DNA from: a virus
DNA length: 18,844 nucleotides
Strand: one strand, 5' to 3'
IMG/VR virus record: IMGVR_UViG_3300045988_023617
The notes beneath the pieces are model-generated. The model searched no databases and was not told where the DNA came from. It saw only the letters and a program-made list of their open reading frames with translations. The number at the start of each line of letters is the position of its first letter. Positions within the stretch are counted from its first letter, which is position 1. A program made the position numbers and the translations under genes. Positions 1 through 5,639 of this stretch are shown here, piece by piece.

Positions 1-216
1 GGAGGGGAGGGGCCCCAGCCACTAGCCTTTTTCCACAACCGCTCTGTTATGTGTTTGTGTTTTCTTTTGCGTTGTGTGTTCTTGCTTGTATTGTTGGTGG
101 TTGTGGTTGTGGTGGGGTTTTTTTGTGTTGTTTTTTTGTGTGTTTTGGGTGTGTTGTTTTTGGTGTGTGGTATGATGTGAGTATCAACCGATAGGGAAAG
201 GAAAAAAATAAAATGA
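1..216. repeat. Left inverted terminal repeat (216 bp), perfect reverse complement of 18629..18844
   Basis: I compared the two ends base by base. They are identical from position 1 through 216 and diverge at 217 (a on the left, t in the right-end complement). The repeat reaches the very first and last base of the window, as expected for true ends of a protein-primed linear genome. Confidence 0.97.
168..176 (+). promoter_or_regulatory. Extended -10 promoter (TGGTATGAT) inside the left ITR, firing inward
   Basis: TGn + TATGAT at 168-176, directly after the G/T tract and about 37 nt upstream of the ATG at 213. It is the same motif class as the TGnTATAAT boxes at other gene junctions. No clear -35. 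Confidence 0.5.
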
Positions 217-377
217 ACACCGTTGTTTCGTTTGATTGGTGGAGCAAGTCCATTACAGTGGCATTCGTTGATTACAATACCGTGCACTATTTCGATGGGC
301 AACGCTATTACCGTCAAGGGCGCAAAGAGTCGTATGCGCCGCGAACTGTGCATGGCAACGGGCGTGGAATTGTCTAA
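213..377 (+). CDS. Left terminal early protein, 54 aa, unknown function; start codon lies inside the ITR
   Basis: Too short for the >=60-aa ORF track. ATG at 213-215 follows GGAAAGGA (196-203). Translation is MNTVVSFDWWSKSITVAFVDYNTVHYFDGQRYYRQGRKESYAPRTVHGNGRGIV, with TAA at 375-377. The mirror ATG at the right end opens a clear 85-aa ORF, which supports use of this initiation site. Confidence 0.5.
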   Translation: MNTVVSFDWWSKSITVAFVDYNTVHYFDGQRYYRQGRKESYAPRTVHGNGRGIV

Positions 378-437
378 TTTGAAGTATTGGCGGACGGACG
401 GTTCCGTTGATTACTATCGTGCGGATAGGGAGGGTGA

Positions 438-671
438 ATGATTGTGAGAGAGCATATGTATATCGTAGCTAGTTGGCCTTGTGTTGACTATGTCCAAGTG
501 GCAACTCCGACTCGTAATTACTATGTAGTCCATGCCGCAGACTCTTATGAGGCTTTGCGTAGGATTCTTCAGCTTGAGGGAGTTATACTTTACGCTCATG
601 TTAAGCGGCTCACGTCCTGCCGTAACGTTGGGGCCGGATATGTGGCTTATTATTATAGTGTGGTGTATTGA
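438..671 (+). CDS. Hypothetical early protein, 77 aa
   Basis: ORF-track entry. ATG is preceded by AGGGAGGG (427-434). No recognisable motif. Confidence 0.4.
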   Translation: MIVREHMYIVASWPCVDYVQVATPTRNYYVVHAADSYEALRRILQLEGVILYAHVKRLTSCRNVGAGYVAYYYSVVY

Positions 672-672
672 T

Positions 673-741
673 ATGTTTTCTTCGGTTCTTGTTATTTGCG
701 TATGCATCCTTGGTATTGTTGCCGTTTTTGGTATTATGTGA
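673..741 (+). CDS. Possible 22-aa hydrophobic micropeptide (MFSSVLVICVCILGIVAVFGIM)
   Basis: ATG at 673 lies 1 nt after the TGA of the preceding ORF. The whole product is about the length of one transmembrane helix. This is the in-frame tail of track ORF 532..741. No SD of its own, so translation would have to be coupled. Confidence 0.2.
   Translation: MFSSVLVICVCILGIVAVFGIM
729..737 (+). promoter_or_regulatory. Candidate extended -10 box (TGGTATTAT)
   Basis: TGn + TATTAT, 25 nt upstream of the ATG at 762 and just before its GGAAAGGA SD. Confidence 0.3.
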
Positions 742-761
742 TTGGAAAGGATAATTAAAAA

Positions 762-1007
762 ATGTCTTATGGTGACATTCGTGTCGGGAGGTTCAACAGC
801 TCTCATATGGGGGGTGACGTGCGTATCGAATACTGCACACACCAACATCTTTTTTATCTGACATATAACGTGGAGTTCCATACGCCAGTCGGCTTGACTG
901 AGGGCGTCGCGCGGTGCGGTTATGACCCTACGAAAGCCAATGAAATGCGTTCTATGGTGTTGGATGCTATGGATATTGCGGCCAAACCACTGGAGGATAG
1001 GGATTAG
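762..1007 (+). CDS. Hypothetical early protein, 81 aa
   Basis: ORF-track entry. SD-like GGAAAGGA (744-751) has the same sequence and similar spacing as the sites in the ITR and before the SSB gene. Confidence 0.5.
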   Translation: MSYGDIRVGRFNSSHMGGDVRIEYCTHQHLFYLTYNVEFHTPVGLTEGVARCGYDPTKANEMRSMVLDAMDIAAKPLEDRD

Positions 1008-1008
1008 C

Positions 1009-1212
1009 GTGTACTTTCGTGGTTGGATTCATTCATGGACGTGCGGCGATTGTCCCGACGCTGATACGTATTGGCGTTTGCGTGCGTTTTGGGCAGGTGC
1101 GAAGTGTAAGGGTGACTCTTTCACGCCGCCGAGACGGTGTCCGAGTACCGACTTGTGGTTTGATATGTGGTGGTATGGTGCAGAGTCCAGTAATGAGGAA
1201 TTGGAGCTTTAA
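1009..1212 (+). CDS. Possible Trp/Cys-rich small protein, 67 aa (GTG start)
   Basis: In-frame part of track ORF 922..1212. GTG at 1009 lies 2 nt after the TAG of the upstream gene, downstream of GGAGGA (992-997) and AGGGA (999-1003). Stop at 1210-1212 is 2 nt before the next ATG. The competing ORF 1019..1240 would overlap the next gene. Confidence 0.25.
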   Translation: MYFRGWIHSWTCGDCPDADTYWRLRAFWAGAKCKGDSFTPPRRCPSTDLWFDMWWYGAESSNEELEL

Positions 1213-1214
1213 TT

Positions 1215-1745
1215 ATGAAATTGAAGAATTTGAATTTTGATAAAAGCGAAAAACGTACGAATTGGTTTGATGACGGCGTGCTGGATGATGACCGTGTGCG
1301 CCGTGTCATTCGGGGGCGTCGCCGTAATCTGCACTTGCGTGAATACAATCGAGGTGAGGGTGATTGGGAAACATTATGCCGTAGTATAGCACTGCTCAAG
1401 AACTTTTATAAGCCTCAAGGGTCGCAAGTGGCGTTCGCCGACGGGGTGGAACATGCGGCAAACGTTTGCCTATCATTGTCCTCCCACACATCTTGCATCG
1501 GAGCGTTGGCGCGAACTCAGGATATCGAAATGCTGGGCGGCGTCATTTATGCCCCGGCTATGGTGGCGTGGTGCGCCGTCTGTCATGTCAAGGGCGCGTC
1601 ATGCTATGAAATGTGCAAAGTCTGGGATGGCAATGAATTTGCTCAGACTGTCGTTAAAATCGCGTGTCGTTGTTTTGACAATCTGACAGATGTGCGGTAT
1701 ACTGATGAAGACATTGCAAGAATGTCTCAACAGCAGCAACAATAA
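1215..1745 (+). CDS. Hypothetical early protein, 176 aa, Cys-rich with poly-Q C-terminus
   Basis: Longest ORF in the left arm. GGAG lies 8 nt upstream of the ATG. No motif I recognise. Confidence 0.6.
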   Translation: MKLKNLNFDKSEKRTNWFDDGVLDDDRVRRVIRGRRRNLHLREYNRGEGDWETLCRSIALLKNFYKPQGSQVAFADGVEHAANVCLSLSSHTSCIGALARTQDIEMLGGVIYAPAMVAWCAVCHVKGASCYEMCKVWDGNEFAQTVVKIACRCFDNLTDVRYTDEDIARMSQQQQQ

Positions 1746-1757
1746 AGATAAGGCGGT

Positions 1758-2078
1758 ATGATTATGGCATACATTAAGAGAGCCAAGCATTACAGTATTG
1801 TGCGCGGCATTACGCGCGGTGAAAACGGTGAACTCGTTGATGCCGAGGTGGTCGTGAATGGCGCGTGCCGTACTGCTGACATGGCTATGAAGAAAGCCCG
1901 CAAAATCAACAAGGACATGCTACCCATGTCCGCCGAGTATCATGCGCAGGCAACGCGCATGGATGAGGCGATTTATTGGGCTAATTGCGAATTTGGAGAT
2001 GATACCATTGTTGACTATCCGGGGCCGGTTAACGGCAACGTGGTTGAAGATGATATTATCACCGAGGAAAATAATTAA
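1758..2078 (+). CDS. Small protein with acidic C-terminal tail; candidate phi29 p6-like dsDNA-binding (origin-organising) protein
   Basis: 106 aa (104 if it starts at ATG 1764, which has better spacing to AGGCGG). It lies immediately upstream of the p5-like SSB, as gene 6 does in phi29. Size is similar to p6 (~104 aa). The tail VEDDIITEENN is acidic. There is a loose resemblance between G-x-x-T-x-x-x-A-x-K-K-A-R-K and the p6 stretch GNLTMEQAQWRMKRK. Confidence 0.35.
   Translation: MIMAYIKRAKHYSIVRGITRGENGELVDAEVVVNGACRTADMAMKKARKINKDMLPMSAEYHAQATRMDEAIYWANCEFGDDTIVDYPGPVNGNVVEDDIITEENN
2051..2059 (+). promoter_or_regulatory. Candidate extended -10 box (TGATATTAT) upstream of the SSB gene
   Basis: TGn + TATTAT, 47 nt upstream of ATG 2106, inside the 3' end of the preceding gene. 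Confidence 0.3.
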
Positions 2079-2105
2079 TAATCCCTATAAGGAAAGGCAA
2101 CACTA

Positions 2106-2543
2106 ATGGCTGACAACGAACTGACCGTAACGAACGGCAACAATTTTTCTGCGAACGGCACTAACGCCGTATCCCACTTTTTCGATACTTCTACGATGGA
2201 CGGTAAGATGGCGCTGTACAACGCCATGCAGACCGCCGATAAGGTAGATGAACACCTTAACGAGCCGTTGCATGTCACTAACGTGCTGGCGCAGGCTATT
2301 GAAGTCGCCAATCAGGAGACTGGCGAAATCAATTCGTCCACCCGCGTAGTCATTCACGCGGAGGAAGGTGATTTCGCCGCCGCCTCCCCTACGCTGGCGC
2401 ACGCATTCGGCAATCTGTTCGCCATTTTCGGTACGCCGGACACGTGGAATCAGCCACTTGCCCTCAAGGTGGTGGAAAAGAAGAGCCGCCGTGGCTACAA
2501 GTTCTTTGACCTCGAATTGGTGTCGGAAAGCAAGCGTAAGTAA
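2106..2543 (+). CDS. phi29 p5-like single-stranded DNA-binding protein
   Basis: 145 aa. FFDTSTMDGKMALYNA resembles phi29 p5 FDTETLEGQIKIFNA. TRVVIHAEEGDFAAAS resembles VTTIFAADGSLYSAIS. LALKVVEKKSRRGYKFFDLEL resembles FKVKVVQGTSSKGNVFFSLQL. SD-like GGAAAGG lies 8 nt upstream. Confidence 0.7.
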   Translation: MADNELTVTNGNNFSANGTNAVSHFFDTSTMDGKMALYNAMQTADKVDEHLNEPLHVTNVLAQAIEVANQETGEINSSTRVVIHAEEGDFAAASPTLAHAFGNLFAIFGTPDTWNQPLALKVVEKKSRRGYKFFDLELVSESKRK

Positions 2544-2571
2544 CGCGATTGTCCGCACCGTATGATATCAT

Positions 2572-2597
2572 GGCAACGTCCCTATAGGGATGTTGCC
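2572..2597 (+). promoter_or_regulatory. 26-bp near-perfect palindrome GGCAACGTCCCTA/TAGGGATGTTGCC
   Basis: The 13-nt arms are complementary except for one G-T position. It lies in the SSB-TP intergenic region, 6 nt downstream of a TATGAT hexamer (2561-2566). It could be an RNA hairpin or a dimeric protein-binding site. Confidence 0.45.
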
Positions 2598-2605
2598 GCC
2601 AGACT

Positions 2606-2647
2606 CACCCCCCGCCGTTTCCATCCTTGCGGCGAGGGGTGTTTCAT
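2606..2647 (+). terminator. GC-rich hairpin with short T run (possible attenuator or weak intrinsic terminator)
   Basis: CACCCCCCGCCG (2606-2617) pairs with CGGCGAGGGGTG (2630-2641) at 11 of 12 positions, with a 12-nt loop, followed by TTTCAT. It lies just upstream of the G-rich SD of the TP gene. Confidence 0.35.
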
Positions 2648-2664
2648 ACTCACAGGGGGGAACC

Positions 2665-3609
2665 GTGGCAAAACGCAAAAACCGCCGACGCGCTGACAAT
2701 CTGAAACGCAACGCCGCAATCAGGTCGGCACAGGTACGTCGGGAACGAGCAGTCAGAGATTACAGTACCGGACGTCTCCCCAAGCGAATCACCGAAACGT
2801 TCTTGGGGAATCTTAGTGCCCAACAGCTTGAGCAGGTCGCGCGACGCATTGGGCAGGAGTTCGGAGAACAACAGCAAGCCTTAAGGGCGCGGGATAATGA
2901 GACGTATCAGGTTGTTCCAGACGTTCGCGTCACGAAACTTGACCGTGAGATGGCCGCGCGTCCGCTGATTACCGATGCGGAAATCGCCGCCGCCCCGTCG
3001 AAACGTCGGAAAACATTGCGGCAGCAGCAGCGACGACGGGTCGAGGCACGGCAGAAAATCAAGCGTGCCCAACAATTCGAGGCGCTGGGCATGGCCCGCT
3101 ATACCGTGGGTGAAATGCGTGAGATGGAACGTGCGGGTGAATCTCCGTTTGATGTGCTGGGCACTCACACGGTTGGCGGTTCGGCACGTGACGAACTTAT
3201 GCGAAGCCGTGCGAATGTGTTCGGCTCAGAGCGTGGTATAAGTCATGCGCGTGTGATGATGCGAGAGGGAGACCGTAGGAAGCTTGAGCGAGAAGTGCTT
3301 GAATACGCCGGACTTGTAGGACGTGCGCCGTTGCGTGCGGGAACTAGGCGTATTCCTGAAAACGAAGGCGTTTCGGATTTTGATAAGGTCGCGCAACAGC
3401 TCGAAGCATTCGACTCTAGTGTCGCCCAAAGATTCGCTTCTTTGTCGAACCGACAAAAACGATGGCTGATAAACAACACGAATTTCAGCACCGTAGTACG
3501 CGAGGCAACGTGGTATAATGATAAGGCGCATAAATGGGAAACTAAATCGGACGCGGAGGATGTAGAGACACGACTTGATGAATGGATAACCAGCGCAGCA
3601 AGACACTAA
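2665..3609 (+). CDS. Putative terminal protein (replication primer)
   Basis: Track ORF 2590..3609, but its first 25 codons run through the two intergenic hairpins. GTG 2665 follows GGGGGGA (2655-2661) and gives 314 aa. The protein is highly basic at the N-terminus (KRKNRRRADNLKRN). It lies immediately upstream of the protein-primed polymerase, as in phi29-like phages. No direct sequence motif was recognised, so the call rests on position and composition. Confidence 0.55.
   Translation: MAKRKNRRRADNLKRNAAIRSAQVRRERAVRDYSTGRLPKRITETFLGNLSAQQLEQVARRIGQEFGEQQQALRARDNETYQVVPDVRVTKLDREMAARPLITDAEIAAAPSKRRKTLRQQQRRRVEARQKIKRAQQFEALGMARYTVGEMREMERAGESPFDVLGTHTVGGSARDELMRSRANVFGSERGISHARVMMREGDRRKLEREVLEYAGLVGRAPLRAGTRRIPENEGVSDFDKVAQQLEAFDSSVAQRFASLSNRQKRWLINNTNFSTVVREATWYNDKAHKWETKSDAEDVETRLDEWITSAARH
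3511..3519 (+). promoter_or_regulatory. Candidate extended -10 box (TGGTATAAT) inside the 3' end of the TP gene
   Basis: Perfect TGnTATAAT 106 nt upstream of the polymerase ATG. Being internal to a CDS, it is less certain than the boxes at gene junctions. Confidence 0.3.
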
Positions 3610-3624
3610 AAAAAGGATGGAATT

Positions 3625-5085
3625 ATGCGAGAGCGTCGAACGGCGGCAACAGACGGCGCAACATTATTGACGGATGACGGTATAACGCCATTGACGGCGA
3701 ACGCCGTCGTTCGCCTTACGATGCTTGACCATCATACGCGCGTATGGTGCGCACATGGATGGCAGGATATCAAGCTAATAGCGGCCGAGCTGTTGAGACG
3801 CCTCCCCCTGCAATCGAATCCGGCCAAGGATGGAGTTTATGGCACTTTTAATATTCGCGGCCACTTCTACAGTTTCCGCGTGCGCATGGGCGGTATCACC
3901 GTGGATTTTCTGGACGTGCGCAATGTCACACGCGACGACGGGCTGAATGTCTCACGTGAAACGTTTGGCGGTGCGGATGACTTGGAAACCACGTGGAACA
4001 TCGCGCAGGAATGCGACGCCCTGAGGCTCAAGGGCACGACCATAGCGTCTATGGCGATGGGCGATTATATCGGGGGAGATTACGCCGGATTCAAACAGCA
4101 CTTTCCGCCATTGGATAAAGCGGAATATCATCGGATGCGCCCCGCATACTATGGGGCGATAGTGTACAGCAGGCCGGGGGAATATCGGGATTGCAAGAGC
4201 TGGGACGTGAACAGCCTCTACCCGAGCGTCATGCGCGACTTTGCCATGCCCGTAGGCGCGCCGATATGGTATGAAGGAAAATATCATGATGATGCTGATT
4301 ATCCGCTGCATATCGATGTTATCTCGTTCGATGCTCGATTGAAGCCGGGGAAAACGGCTACGCTCACGAATATCCTACCCGTATGGGGGTACGAGGGCGA
4401 ACGTATGGACAGCACGTTAGGCGTCGTCACCATGCCAGTGGTCGACGTGGATTGGCAGACCTTGACGGAAAACTATGATGTCCATGCATGGGATTATATA
4501 GGCGGCTGGAAATTCCGTAAATCGCATGGACTCTATTACAACTACGTTGACAAATGGTTCCACGTGAAACAAACCGCAACCGGAGAGCGTCGGCAGATGG
4601 CGAAACTATTGCTTAATTCGTTGGTGGGGAAATTCGGAGCATCGCTTTATCGGCCTATGCTGCACCCGAAACCCTCTGGCGATGGCGGCGTGGATTTTAC
4701 CGTGGATAAACCCGAGTCAACCAACTCACTCGCATGGCTACCCACCGCCGCCTATGTCAACGCCTACGGGAGGCAAATACTGTCACGCGCGATGAATGCG
4801 AACGCCGACCGCGTGCTTTACGCCGATACGGACGGCATGATACTGGACGGACTGGATGCGCCCGCAGATATCGAAATGGACGATAAGAAACTGGGCGCGT
4901 GGAAAAACGACCACACCTATGAAAAACTCCGCATCCTCGGCAATCGCAAATACTGCGGCGCAGAGGAAGACGGCGGCACGGTGATGCGGTTGAGTGGCGT
5001 GCATCGAGCTGCCCCTATCCCCTACGACGACTTTTTGCCGAGGTCACGCCATGTCAACGATGACGGCTGTTTTTTTGTGCTATAA
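3625..5085 (+). CDS. Protein-primed family-B DNA polymerase (phi29 p2-like), compact 486 aa
   Basis: WDVNSLYPSVM (motif A, nt 4201-4233). MPVGAPIWYEGKYHDDADYPLHI matches phi29 LPYGEPIVFEGKYVWDEDYPLHI. AKLLLNSLVGKF (motif B, from about nt 4600). YADTDG (motif C, nt 4819-4836). KKLGAWKNDHTYEKLRILGNRKY (KxY). SD AAGGA lies upstream of the ATG. Confidence 0.95.
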   Translation: MRERRTAATDGATLLTDDGITPLTANAVVRLTMLDHHTRVWCAHGWQDIKLIAAELLRRLPLQSNPAKDGVYGTFNIRGHFYSFRVRMGGITVDFLDVRNVTRDDGLNVSRETFGGADDLETTWNIAQECDALRLKGTTIASMAMGDYIGGDYAGFKQHFPPLDKAEYHRMRPAYYGAIVYSRPGEYRDCKSWDVNSLYPSVMRDFAMPVGAPIWYEGKYHDDADYPLHIDVISFDARLKPGKTATLTNILPVWGYEGERMDSTLGVVTMPVVDVDWQTLTENYDVHAWDYIGGWKFRKSHGLYYNYVDKWFHVKQTATGERRQMAKLLLNSLVGKFGASLYRPMLHPKPSGDGGVDFTVDKPESTNSLAWLPTAAYVNAYGRQILSRAMNANADRVLYADTDGMILDGLDAPADIEMDDKKLGAWKNDHTYEKLRILGNRKYCGAEEDGGTVMRLSGVHRAAPIPYDDFLPRSRHVNDDGCFFVL

Positions 5086-5086
5086 T
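5078..5086 (+). promoter_or_regulatory. Extended -10 promoter (TGCTATAAT) overlapping the polymerase stop codon
   Basis: Perfect TGnTATAAT. The TAA stop (5083-5085) is part of the hexamer. It lies upstream of a 180-nt non-coding structured region and the scaffold and capsid genes. Confidence 0.5.
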
Positions 5087-5090
5087 AATC

Positions 5091-5251
5091 GGTAGCGGGG
5101 TGTGCGTCCCAAGCTGATTCAATGGCCCGACCGGTAGGCAATCGGTAAGGCGATTCGGTCGGATGTAGACGTGCGTAGCCAACGCCCATCGACGGCGAGG
5201 GAACCCGCACAGCCTAGCAATCCGGCACGGCAGCGTGATTGCCGCCGTGCC
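5091..5251 (+). ncRNA. Structured non-coding RNA candidate or long structured late-mRNA leader (possible packaging RNA)
   Basis: No credible ORF here. Hairpin CCGACC...GGTCGG (5127-5162) has inner stem AATCG/CGATT and loop GTAAGG. A long-range helix pairs TGTGCGTCCC (5101-5110) with GGGA..CGCACA (5199-5211). The terminal hairpin GGCACGGCAGC/GCCGCCGTGCC (5224-5251) has 10 of 11 bp and loop GTGATT. The implied RNA is about 160 nt if transcription starts just after the box at 5078-5086. Confidence 0.35.
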
Positions 5252-5271
5252 ATCTACCTTAAGAGGTGATT

Positions 5272-5613
5272 ATGGACGACACTGAAAATGACGACAAGCC
5301 GGACACCACGCCCGATGCCGAACCGGACGGAAACGCCGACGACAATACGCCGGACCCGGAACCAGAGGCGCAGGACGATAACGAACCCGACGACGCGGGC
5401 GACGACAAGAACGCCGACATGGCCGACCGTATCAGCGCATTGGAGGCGACCGTGGCGGAATTGTCCAAAACCGTCGAAGCGATGCGCGACGCCGCCGCCG
5501 ACCATGTGCTGAACGATGGCTCCGACGACAATGCGATGCCGGAATCGGCTGAAATGACCGACGACGATTACAACGGCACCTACGACACGTTCGACGACTT
5601 ATATGAAGACTGA
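5272..5613 (+). CDS. Putative scaffolding protein (phi29 gp7-like position), very acidic
   Basis: The track ORF starts at GTG 5266. ATG 5272 has AAGAGG (5261-5266) 5 nt upstream. 113 aa with a D/E/P/T-rich N-terminus and a central helical segment (ADRISALEATVAELSKTVEAMRDAA). It lies directly upstream of the major capsid gene. Confidence 0.6.
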   Translation: MDDTENDDKPDTTPDAEPDGNADDNTPDPEPEAQDDNEPDDAGDDKNADMADRISALEATVAELSKTVEAMRDAAADHVLNDGSDDNAMPESAEMTDDDYNGTYDTFDDLYED

Positions 5614-5639
5614 CAATTAGGAAGGAAGGAACAACTCTT

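Noticed and set aside
51-170. G/T tract as a CRISPR array, microsatellite or telomere-like tandem repeat
   Set aside because: It has no fixed repeat unit or spacer structure. It is compositionally pure but aperiodic, and it is part of the ITR.
223-441. 72-aa ORF overlapping 213..377 in another frame, ending in an ATGA overlap with the 438 ORF
   Set aside because: Its listed start has no SD and lies 10 nt after the well-supported ITR ATG. Internal ATGs (295, 334, 352) lack good SD sites. I kept 213..377 because the mirrored ITR start is clearly used at the right end. The ATGA junction means a short product in this frame cannot be excluded.
1019-1240. 73-aa ORF in the left arm
   Set aside because: It overlaps the well-supported start of gene 1215..1745 by 26 nt and has no SD. 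The alternative frame (1009..1212) fits the gap exactly.
2103-2558. 151-aa minus-strand ORF opposite the SSB gene
   Set aside because: It is antisense to a CDS with clear phi29 p5 similarity, and no expression signals are present.
2590-2664. N-terminal 25 codons of the track ORF 2590..3609
   Set aside because: ATG 2590 sits inside the 26-bp palindrome with no SD, and the extension runs through both intergenic hairpins. GTG 2665 with its GGGGGG SD is the more plausible TP start.
5087-5265. Possible tRNA in the polymerase-scaffold intergenic region
   Set aside because: No GTTCGAATC-like T-loop, no cloverleaf with acceptor-stem pairing, and the helices I can draw are incompatible with tRNA geometry.
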